A stretch of 64,000 nucleotides of DNA from contig NW_027117342.1 of assembly GCF_038025025.1 (NCBI RefSeq), positions 2,108,001 to 2,172,000 on the forward strand, written 5' to 3'. Every line of letters begins with the position of its first letter. Positions within the stretch are counted from its first letter, which is position 1. The DNA comes from Phyllosticta citribraziliensis. Taxonomy: Eukaryota. Below the pieces are notes generated by a model that did not search any database, was not told where the DNA came from, and was given only the letters and a program-made list of their open reading frames with translations. Position numbers and translations under genes: made by a program. This document shows, one piece after another, positions 39,089-49,195 of this stretch.

Positions 39089-41556
39089 ATGAGGCCGACG
39101 AGTAGCGGAGACTCAGCCGCGAACCTGAGCCATCCGCCGCGCTTTCGGAAGACACCCAACGGCGAGCCGAGCACGCAACTGTCGTCACCAGCCCCCGCCT
39201 GTGGACCCACGAGCTTCTTCTTGCGGAGCGAGGAGGACATATTGCAGTCCAACAACGAAGCGGAGCCAGAAAAGGACAAGGAACCTCGGGAAGACAAGGA
39301 TCAGAATTATGGCGTTCAGAGCATCGAGGAGATGCTGGCTGCACCATTTGGGAGCGATAAAGAAGGCGGATGCACGGCCGGCAGTCCTGCGATATCAGTC
39401 CCCCTAGTCGCGCCATCTCAGCCCTTCACTCCCGTGCAGTTCGAGCTCAGCCCGGGTCCTGCATCAGAGTTGCCTAGCACACCAAAGAGCGTGAGCCTGA
39501 GGAGTCTGAGGTTAAGCGACGACGATAGTCAGGCGGATGAGGCGGCTTCCCAGGCGCTCGCGAGCAGCGAAGATGAAGACGACGAGGATAAGCAGGAACA
39601 AGAGGACGGCGACAGCATACCACAACTCGTCATGCCCAGCATTCAAATGCCAACCAGAAGACCTTTTACGGATCGTGGGAAGAATTTGGGCAAATTAAAG
39701 GTCCTGGTTGCCGGAGGTGCTGGTAAGATGGAGCACGTACTCGCCGAATCTCTTCTCCAGACTAACTTGCAAAAGGCGTCGGCAAAACCTCCCTCATAAA
39801 GTCGATTGTGCAGCAATGCGAGGACATTGTTCACGTAGACCCGCTCACTACCACTCCTCCCATCATTCAAGCTCCAGATCCTTCAAAGTTGAAATCCCGC
39901 CGGAAGAGGCAGCGTGGTGAAGGCACAGCCCATATTGTGGAAGTGTATGCCAGTACACGAGCCTATCCTCCATGGTGGTCCGACCTGGAAGAATCACGCG
40001 TGCTGCGCAGAAGGAAGAGTATGGGCGACACAGTCCTCGAGCGCAACCTCTGCTTTGTGGATACCCCCGGCTTCGACGCACCAAAAACCAGCCAGGTGCA
40101 GATGGATAATGTTGTTCAATACGTTGAGTCGCTTCTGCATAAAAACGCTTCCATCACCTCGATGAGCGATGGAGACCTTTTGGGCATCTTGAGTGGCAAC
40201 GGCGGCTTTCAAATCGACGTTGTCTTCTATCTGTTGAAACCGTCCCAAGGCAAGTCCACATTTCGCTTTTCCTATGTCAAAGCCCTAACCTTTACAGACC
40301 CCTATCTCTCTAGAGATGTTGAGAACATGCGTCGTCTCGCCGATCTGACCAACGTCATCCCGATCATATCTCATGCGGATGTTTTTGGCAGAGAGAAAAT
40401 TGCAAGCTTCAAGGCCACCGTCCTTCAAAGGTTCGATGCTGCTGCAATACGACCATTTCTGTTTGGCAAAAGCACTCAGGAGGCTTTGATTGCCGCTCAG
40501 CTGGCCTCGGAAGAGCTCTCACGTCCCCAGCAAGACGTCAATCCTTTTGACAGGCCTGGTACTTCATTTACCCCTGGACCCTTTGCCATTACTTCGGCTT
40601 CCGCTTCAGATCATGAGGTAATGGACGCCTCGCTCCTCATGTCTCCAGACTATGTTCAGCCATTGGTTCCATCAGAACTCGCCGCCCTTGTGGACCAGGT
40701 CTTTTGTCAGGACACTGCAGCTTGGTTACGTCATGCAGCCGCAAAGAAGTTCTTGCGCTGGCGCAACGAGCGAGTACAGGGCGAAAGCCTCAACATGGGT
40801 TTGCGCTTCAACTCCAATGTCGGGGTTTCAAAGGCTGGCTCTCAATTTGTTCCCACCTCATTGGCGCCTTTCTCTGCTTCTTCTTCGGTCTTGTCATCTC
40901 CTCCGGCAAGTCAAGTTCTGATTCCACGTCCCACCACGAGCGGCAGTGGCTTCAGCAGCTCACCGTTCTCCGCTTCTCCGTCCGTGAATCTTTCATGCAG
41001 TTCTGTCTCCAGTCCGGCCCACGACTACACTCTGGCGCGTTTGGCCGACCACACCCAACGCGAAGAGCGCCTTGCCCAAGTCCACCTAGCGAAATGGGCA
41101 GCAGATCTCCAGCGCAGCATTCGAAATGAACGCCGTCGCTTCGAGGAGCTGGAGCGCAATAAACGATCCCAGTGGCTTCTCGACCAAGTCGGCAAGGAAG
41201 TGCTAGATGGTCGTATCGGTCCATCTCCAGATGTCGCGTCATTTCGCACTCTCACTGATCTAAAGGAAGCTACCGGTGGTCCAGCGTGGAGCCTCACTCG
41301 TCAGACAGGCCTTGATGCAAGAATGCGAAAAGAAAGTCTATGGTCTTCAAGAAGGAGGGGAAGTGCAATGGATCCCCGAGATCCCCTCGGGCTGTGCGAG
41401 TGGGGCGACGAGGTCAAGAAAGGCGGATGGGTCGTTGTGCAATTGCTTGGAGGAGTTGGCATGGTCAGCGCTCTGGCCGTGGCTGTCTGGCAATGGAAGA
41501 ACCAGGGCATGATATCGCTGCCCATCGATCTAGGGAGCTGGTGGAGCTCCGAGTAG
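39089..41556 (+). CDS. Atypical septin-like P-loop GTPase with a C-terminal hydrophobic segment
   Basis: The spliced P-loop is KVLVAGGAGVGKTSLIKSI (intron 39723-39775). Also NLCFVDTPGF (G3), TNVIPIISHAD (divergent G4), a coiled coil and a terminal hydrophobic helix. Probable GC-AG intron 40250-40297. Confidence 0.8.
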
Positions 41557-42582
41557 AGCATAAGTCGCTGGAGCCCCACGACAGCAGCGACTCGCGCCTG
41601 AGCCTGGTACTACCAGGCATGACAGCACCAGGAAATTTCAACAAAGCTGCCAGACAGGCGCAAATTTGTGCGCCTGTTCGACGAGAGCCCATATTGGCTT
41701 TCAGAGCGCATGGTTACCCCGAAGAATACTCACCACGCTGCTCACTCACTTTCCTTTGTCGGTCAGATGTAATGCGGAGGAACGGTACACCGAGCAGAAG
41801 AGACACCACACCAACGCGTGTGTTGTGTGTCGGGGGCCACCACGGAGTCGATACGGCATAACGGCGCCACAACATGGCATGTGTTGCATGATACCCCGGG
41901 AAGGAACAGGGATAGGGTGGGATGGGTTGGAGGTTTGAATTACGAGTTTTCCTTTTTCCTTTTCAAGGCCAGCGAGGGCTATTCTGCTGCTAGCAACTTA
42001 TGTGGCAGCACCTAGTTTGTTGGCGAGGCGGGTCCTGACGCAGCCTTTTGGGGATTGCTTCAATGATTTTCTTTTGGCTCTTGCATCTCCTTTTCTCCTA
42101 TGCTTCTTCTCTCCAGTTGTTTTGGGCTCCTGTCTGCCTTTTTCTACCTGCTATCATCCGCTTAGGTACAATACACGATATTATTACTCAATATCCTGTC
42201 CCTTGCTGTGCCGACATCGAGTTTACCACGATGATCGATTACAACTTTGGGCTCCTCCTTTCTTGGCCCTGGGGCGGTGATGGGCGTTCACGCCTTCTTC
42301 GCCGCTCTCTCCCATCCGAATTTACTACCCGTACGGCAGAGCTGTTGACAGCAGCCACCTACAACACTAGGAAGCAAAGACTCAAAGGCAAAGACATTCT
42401 GCATTGCTTACTGAATCTCGAACCACCAACCCAAAGTTCCAAGTTCCAATTTAATTGAACACTCAACCAGCCAACCAAACTCAGCGCATCAACAAGCAAA
42501 AGCAACGACTCCCCAATCCATCCATCAGATCCCAATTTGATCTCCGGCTTGCCATGCCGAGCCACCATTCCCACAATCTCGC

Positions 42583-45500
42583 TCACCAAAACGGCTTCTC
42601 CAACGACCCAATCTGCTCCCTGACATCTCCTTTGAACAGACCGCCTGCCACGTCGTCATCCGCGCCAACAATAGCCGCATTCTCATCGTCCCCTACAGAT
42701 TCGTCCGCTTTTAACTCCATGGTGCCAGCCTCAACCGCCGCAGCAGCAGTGGCAGCAGCGCGCGCCTCCTTCAGCTCCATCTCCTTGACGCGCCGCGCCG
42801 CCTCGAGCAGACGGACGCGCGTGCGCACGTCAAGGTGCTGGTTCTGCGTCTGGCTGGGCGGCAGCGACGAGTCCGCCGTCATCGTCGACGAAGGTGGTGG
42901 CCCCGACGGCTGCTCGAAAACGGTGATTTGGCCCGTGGCCGAGGTGAAGCGCAAGCCGGGCAGGGAGCGGCACCACTGCTCGACGCGCTTGTGGGTTTGC
43001 CGTCGTTGCTCCTCGCTCGATCGCCGCAGCGCCTCGTGCTGTTTCTCCTGCTGCTCTAGCTCTCGCCACTGAACGGGCAAGGGCAATGGTCGGCGCGGAG
43101 AGCTGTGGTCTGTGCTGGAAGTTGGCGCCTCTGTTGCTTTTGCTTCGCTTGGTGGTTGGTCGTCTGGCGCTTCTAGTGATGATTTGGATGACGCGGACGG
43201 TGGACTTGATGATACTGGCTTGGAACCTGCATCTGGGTTTTGTTTGGATCCCTCTGCGTTTTCATCGACGTGGATCACAGTGGTTGGGTCTGAATTGTCC
43301 TGATTCTGCTCTCCGGATGATGTGTTGAGAGGGTTGCCAGACTCCGCGGCGGCTGAACGCGGATGGGTGTCATCATTACTATCGTGATGTTCGGTACGAA
43401 CATCAATAGGATTCTCAGGAGCGTTGGTACAAGTGGATGAATGGGAATTCGCTTGTGATAGTGCCAGCGCAGCCGAATTTTGCTTCACACCAGCTGGATC
43501 TGCAGATTGAGATGTACTACTTTGTGATGTATAATTTGCGACAGGTGGAACGAATTCCGGGGATTTATCTTGGACAGGGGACAGGGCCTCGACACAGGGA
43601 GTATTCTCATGATCTGTGGACGACTCACATTGACTGGTTTCCATAAGTCCTCTAGATTCGCATAGTGGCGGGTGCGTCTCCAAAAAGGACATGTCTGAGA
43701 GAGGAGGTTCGCCAGCCTCGCTCTGTGCCCTTTGTTTTCGGCGAACCCTGTTCTTGGTTGCCGCCGACGCTCCTGCTGGGTCGTATCCCATGAAACCAGG
43801 GGGCGGCGGCGGCGGTGAGTCCCTCGAGCCAGAGCTCGGCGTTCCCCTGTCCGTAGATGAGGGAGGAGCAAAGCAATGACCTTGCTGAGCTGTAGTTGGA
43901 ATCACAACCACTGGTTCTCGGTAGCTGGAAGCAAGCGTCGGATCAGAAGCAGTCGGATTAAGTGAAGGAGGAATTTGCTGATAGGAGAAATACAATGCTG
44001 GCGTAGGTTTAAAAGAGCATTGCGAGATTGACGATTTGTTGGAAAGACTCGAGCCCGACCCAGGGGACTTGAACGGGCCGTAGCCGCTGTAGATCCCTTG
44101 TCTTGAAGACGAGGGATCGTAGCGTGCAGACGATTTGAGCCTGACGCCTCTCCCGCGATGATCTGCGGGACGTTGCTCGCGCTGAGGGCGCTGAGGGTCC
44201 TGAGGGTAAATTGGAAGGGGCAAGATTTTGCACAAGGCTTTGTGGGACATTGCTTCCCCCATCGTGCGACCTGGAGGAGGGGTCAAGGTGAACCTAGTTA
44301 TCGCCGAGGGACTGGAAAACCAGTAGGGGTTCAAGCTTGCTGCAGGGTTGATGTCCACGGAATGGGCACGAGGTGTTACTTCTGCGAAGGGCTGAACTGG
44401 ATCCATCAATGCTGGGCTTCCTGGGTCCGTGGAAACTTCCATAGAGTCTGGTAGACTAAGGGTGTTCTCGGCAGTATCGTGGTGGCTCTGGGCTCTCGAA
44501 ACCCCGCTTGCAGCTGTTGGCTGATCGTCTTTGACAATGGCGTCAACCGTCTCTGCTGCGTCGTCGGGAGCAATCAAAGCGTTAGGGAGTGAAATTTTTC
44601 TTATCCGTTGTGGGACTTCGTACAACTCCCAGCTCCTACGCGAATCAGATTTGCTGGCTGAGCTCCACGTGGGAATACTATGATGCAAGCCTGGGCTTTC
44701 GTCCGGTAAAGACTCCATATACGTCGTTCTTGAGTGCTGCTCCTGGGCCGATGTTCTGATTTCTTCAAGCCATGGACCACAGAATTTGAGCTGCTGGATG
44801 ACTTCGTTTAACTTGTCAGCTTGTTTTTTGATGTGTATGTCGAAAGTGAGAAGTCTTCCCCCATCCAATTGCTGCTGGCCAGTCACAGGTCCACTGCTGC
44901 CTTCCACTGGCACCTGACTCTGTGGCAACGTTTTGCAAAGATGTGGTTCGGTACCTGGGGGATCGATGAGGCGCTTCGTTGTATCACCAATTTTCCCTGT
45001 AGAAACTTCCAAAACATCTGCAGCTTGGACTCTGTCCGTTTTCTCAGCAAGTCCTGTGACTGGCACCGGCGCCTCGGAATTGGATTCATCCCCTGACGCA
45101 GATCCAGAGATATCTCTTGTTGTAGGCCGAGATCTCTCGCCCGCACGTCCATATGACTTTTTGCGGGGGGCTTTACCAATGCTCGGACTTATCGGTCGCG
45201 AAGTACGCAATGTATTCTCGATGGTGATGTCTTCCTGTGCGAGCGGACTCGGACTCCGGTGTGGAATACTGTTGTACGGAGGTCTCGTGTTAAGCGCAGG
45301 CTGAGATTTTCGTAATGTTACGCCCCATGGATTGGCGCTACCGACTTGCTTCCTGGGCAAGTGCAGCTTATTGTCTGCGTTCTTGCCGATTCCTTGGGAC
45401 GAAACCTTGCCGCTCGAAAGCGTTTCGAATTGTACAGGTCTCCCGTGCGTCCCAAAAGTCGGTTGCTGGACTTTCGGTGCACCATCTCTGGTTTCCGGAC

Positions 45501-46020
45501 CATACGCAGAGTTCTTCGTAGGGTAGCTAGCTCTGTCGGCACCTATGGGTGATTGCAAAGCTCGTGGCTTTTGCCACTGACCCGCAACGTGCGTTGTCGT
45601 ACTCGACTCAGGCGAAACATCCAAAAACGTCGGGCGCTGAAGAGTGAACTTGGGTACCGGTGCATGGACGAAAAGAGGCGAGTGTGCAGATGGAACAGTT
45701 GGAGGAGAGGTTGGTCGCCTTTCACCGCTTCGTCGAACGAAAGGGCTAGGCCGTTGAGGCGTTGACTGAAGGCTTCGGTCGACCTCTCGTATGGCCCGGG
45801 GCGCTCGACGCAGCACGCTCTTTTCTTCTGGGCTGGCGTTATCTTCAACCCTATGGACCGCAGGCCCAGCTGCTTTGCGCTCTAGTTCATTCAAGGATCG
45901 GATGCGCGAGGCTACGGTCCCTGGGCCCACTGAGCCCTTGACAGCATTTGCATCGCTCTGTCCATCGAGGATGGGTAGCAATAGAGCAGTATGAGAGTTG
46001 AAGGTGTCGGTACGTTCCAT
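42583..46020 (-). CDS. Large intrinsically disordered Ser/Pro-rich hypothetical protein (1145 aa)
   Basis: Uninterrupted 3.4-kb ATG-initiated ORF. No recognisable domain; short coiled-coil-like segments near the C-terminus. Confidence 0.7.
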   Translation of the reverse strand: MERTDTFNSHTALLLPILDGQSDANAVKGSVGPGTVASRIRSLNELERKAAGPAVHRVEDNASPEEKSVLRRAPRAIREVDRSLQSTPQRPSPFVRRSGERRPTSPPTVPSAHSPLFVHAPVPKFTLQRPTFLDVSPESSTTTHVAGQWQKPRALQSPIGADRASYPTKNSAYGPETRDGAPKVQQPTFGTHGRPVQFETLSSGKVSSQGIGKNADNKLHLPRKQVGSANPWGVTLRKSQPALNTRPPYNSIPHRSPSPLAQEDITIENTLRTSRPISPSIGKAPRKKSYGRAGERSRPTTRDISGSASGDESNSEAPVPVTGLAEKTDRVQAADVLEVSTGKIGDTTKRLIDPPGTEPHLCKTLPQSQVPVEGSSGPVTGQQQLDGGRLLTFDIHIKKQADKLNEVIQQLKFCGPWLEEIRTSAQEQHSRTTYMESLPDESPGLHHSIPTWSSASKSDSRRSWELYEVPQRIRKISLPNALIAPDDAAETVDAIVKDDQPTAASGVSRAQSHHDTAENTLSLPDSMEVSTDPGSPALMDPVQPFAEVTPRAHSVDINPAASLNPYWFSSPSAITRFTLTPPPGRTMGEAMSHKALCKILPLPIYPQDPQRPQREQRPADHRGRGVRLKSSARYDPSSSRQGIYSGYGPFKSPGSGSSLSNKSSISQCSFKPTPALYFSYQQIPPSLNPTASDPTLASSYREPVVVIPTTAQQGHCFAPPSSTDRGTPSSGSRDSPPPPPPGFMGYDPAGASAATKNRVRRKQRAQSEAGEPPLSDMSFLETHPPLCESRGLMETSQCESSTDHENTPCVEALSPVQDKSPEFVPPVANYTSQSSTSQSADPAGVKQNSAALALSQANSHSSTCTNAPENPIDVRTEHHDSNDDTHPRSAAAESGNPLNTSSGEQNQDNSDPTTVIHVDENAEGSKQNPDAGSKPVSSSPPSASSKSSLEAPDDQPPSEAKATEAPTSSTDHSSPRRPLPLPVQWRELEQQEKQHEALRRSSEEQRRQTHKRVEQWCRSLPGLRFTSATGQITVFEQPSGPPPSSTMTADSSLPPSQTQNQHLDVRTRVRLLEAARRVKEMELKEARAAATAAAAVEAGTMELKADESVGDDENAAIVGADDDVAGGLFKGDVREQIGSLEKPFW

Positions 46021-46343
46021 CTGAAGTTGTGAAGAGGATAGAGGGACACTGTTGGGCTCAAAATGTGAGCACCAGTTGATCTTGATGGGTCATTAGGGAC
46101 AAGTGGTTCAAGGTAAATGCTGATGGTTGAACGTTCCCTGGGTTAGCAAGCATGGTACAGAGTGGCTGAACGGAGGTGTCTCCGGGTCACAAAAGAAAGA
46201 GTAAGAGCGTGGGAAACAGCTTCGCGCTGGACCACTTAACATGCTGTGTGGCGGATGCAGGGAGCAAGAGCGATCAGGAAAGCGCAATCAATTCAAGTCG
46301 CTTTCTATGCACAGCGCCCCTCATTAAGGTATCTATGCAATGT

Positions 46344-47100
46344 CTACTTGAGCGCAGCCTGGAGGCTCTCCAGAACCTAGATTCTTGTCAGTACCAGCTT
46401 CCGCATTCGAGAGTATCAGCCTCACCTCGAGCTCAGCCTGAGCCTCAGCAATGTCCACCTCCGAGCCACCGCCGTTGACAATCTTCTGGGCCTCGGTAAT
46501 CTGGCTACGAACAGCGTCCGCGCTGAAGTCCTCGAGAGGGTAGGCCTCGACGGCGTTGATGGTCATGTGGTTCTCGGGCTGCACGACAGCAAAACCACCG
46601 GACAGGAAGAACTGCTTGCTGCCCTGCTCCTCAATGACCTCGACAAGACCGGGCTTGAGCTGCTCAATGGCAGGAATGTGCTGGGCCAGAACACCCATCT
46701 CGCCGCTCGCAGCAGGAATGTTGACCTGGACACTGTAGCCATACTCTATCAGCACTTCATCCGTCGAAGGTTATGACGACTGTATTTCGGAAGGCTAGGC
46801 CGTTGGGTCGCGACGAAAGATTTGAATGCGGGGAGGCGCCAATGCACGTACACCTCGGAGGACTTGTAGATGGTCTGGAGAGAATTGATTAGCCACGCGC
46901 AACTTCAAGACTTCTTAAGCTCGACGAATCGCCCCGCAAGCCATCCCAATGCACCATTGACGTACCTGGTGAGGCAGAGCCAGGGAGAGCTTCAGCTTGT
47001 CGGAGGCAGCCTCAGCGTAGCCGCGGCGCTGGACAATGGGTGCGCGAAAGGCAGGGCGGGCGGCCCTGAAGGCGGTCCTGGCGACACGGAAGGAGTTCAT
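46344..47100 (-). CDS. ATP16: Mitochondrial F1 ATP synthase delta subunit
   Basis: Presequence MNSFRVARTAFRAARP..RRGYAEA; KLKLSLALPHQ-TIYKSSEV-VQVNIPAASGEMGVLAQH..FFLSGGFAVVQP..ELE-VLESLQAALK. Introns 46965-46875, 46851-46733 and 46425-46377. Confidence 0.96.
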
Positions 47101-47404
47101 GGTGAACGGATGGGTTGGCAGTGCGTTTGGTAGATAGAAGCCGATGATGGAGCTGCACTTGATGTTCTTCGGAGGAACTCAAAAAGCTTGGCGTCACGTG
47201 TCAATACCATCTCCCGGCACCGGCCGTTGGAACACCACCCAAAACACCAACGATACTTCTTTCGTCTTTCATCGAACTCGTCTTCGGCTCTCATATCAAA
47301 TATCCAAATAGTCCCTATTTGCTCTATTGGCCCTTTGACAAATACCTGACTTGGAACTGCTCAGCTGTAGCCTACGCCACAAGCACAGCTGCCTCGACAC
47401 GCGA

Positions 47405-49195
47405 TTATGCCAGAAAAGCCCGTCCATGCCTTTTCTTCTCTAGCTGACATCGGTATGATTCAGCCGAGTCCGTATAGTTTCCAACAAACTTGGCAATCCT
47501 TGGCCACGGGCAAAGCTTTGATGTTCTGTTGCTTCCATCGCTCGGCTCATCGCTGATGATCGACTGCGGCTTGACTCCATTCTCGACCCATTCAACGAGC
47601 GCATCAACCCCGTGGTAGTTCGCGGGCACACTATCGTAGGACGATGCGGATCCACAGTGGCCACCACCTGTATGAATTAGCTGGACGGCACTCTTCTCGA
47701 TCCAAGAGATTGACGAACCAGGGACCATGAAGAGCGTAAAGAAGTCGGAAACATCTCCAAATCGTTCTCCAAGGGCATCGAGATAATCAATTGGCAGGGT
47801 CGCGGCGTTATACGGATCCGCCCACCCTATGTTGATGTCAGTAGTGGTCGAGTCGTCAAACGCAAGACCAACCTTGGGACACAATCATCTTGCCGCCGCG
47901 CTCTTTGAAGGACACCAAGTCAGTGCTGGTGCTGTCAATCAGCAAACCTGCGAGTTTGTCGACTTTGTAAATGTCCGAGGCCCAATCGAAAGTATCCGCG
48001 CTGTAGTTCAAATCGTTGAACACCAGGTTCTGCAGCAGCGCTGTTCCATAGGAATCTGCCAAAGCTCCTTCTTGTCCTTCTGCCCATACCGCTTCGGACC
48101 CGAGCGTGAACCCTGGGTATACAACAACTCCGTCTCTAGCATCCCTTGGACCTGCGTATATTGCCTTGGCCGCTTGCAATTGAGCCTCCGACAGACACGT
48201 TGTGCTGTTTGGAGCCCCCGGCTCACATGCCAGAGTTTCGATGTCGAAGCTACACGCAAGAGGGTTTTGCACTAGTTTGTCGGCGGCACCGTCGTCTAGG
48301 TCGCATGCTTCAATCACTTTTGAAGTGATATGGTCGAGCAGCTCCTGGCTGAGATATGCGTCGCCCTGGCGGTGTTAGCAACACCATTCTGTGGCTTCCA
48401 AATCACGCTTCCATACCTTGGTGTTCTGAGCGTTCCAGAGAAAAGACAACATCAAATGGGAATACCAATGTCCAGGAGATCCCGCATATATTCCGTCTAA
48501 GAGCTCGGGATGCCTTTGAGATAAGGCAAACCCTTGCCCGCCGCCCGTCGAACAGCCAGCAAAGTAACTGTATTTCGCAGGCTCGCCGTAGTAGGTCTGT
48601 ACTAGCTGCTTGCCTACAGGTGTAAGGAGAGCAATTGAATCGTGGATCCACGCCTTGACTTGGTCTTTGTCGTGCATGTACGGCAAGTACGTATTGGGAG
48701 CACCGCCGCCGTCGTTGTTTTCTGACGCAAGGTGGCCCGAATCACCGCCTACAACAGCAAAGCCTTGGTTCAGATACTGTGCCATACTCGCGGTGTCGAT
48801 GACACCTGCGAATCCACCATTGCCTTTCAAAGTCAGCTCTATTACTTGGCACACCCAAAGACTCTGAATAGCGTACCAACAGCGAGGAACCTGCTATTCC
48901 ATATGTTTGCCTCAGGCATCCACAATTCAACGGCGAGAGAGTCGTTAGTGCCGTAGCTTATTTCTCCAAAAAGCCGGCAGAAGGGAATCTCGACGTTGTC
49001 CACCACTCCGACTTCCGCAATGCTGGTGTTAGTAATGTGAAAGTTGGCCAGGCCCTGCCAGCCTTGCGCCTGCAATTGGCCACACTTTCCCTGAGTTTCT
49101 GTCAAACACGCAACTTTGACCGGGCTAATTAGAAAAAATAGCAAAGACAAGGTTGCGGTTGCGGGAAGGACCGCTAGCCTTGACGATCTCCACAT
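47405..49195 (-). CDS. Secreted tannase / feruloyl esterase family protein
   Basis: Signal peptide; ELWMPE..WNSRFLAVGNGGFAG; nucleophile GCSTGG; GWADP (Asp); VPGGGHC (His); LCPWP. Introns 48876-48824, 48416-48366, 47872-47827 and 47718-47668. Confidence 0.92.

Noticed and set aside
46733..46853. Possible [D2,3] stwintron in ATP16 (GT|GTACGT..ACAG|TCGT)
   Set aside because: Two-step splicing would frameshift. A single phase-2 intron restores the expected SSEVVQVNIP.
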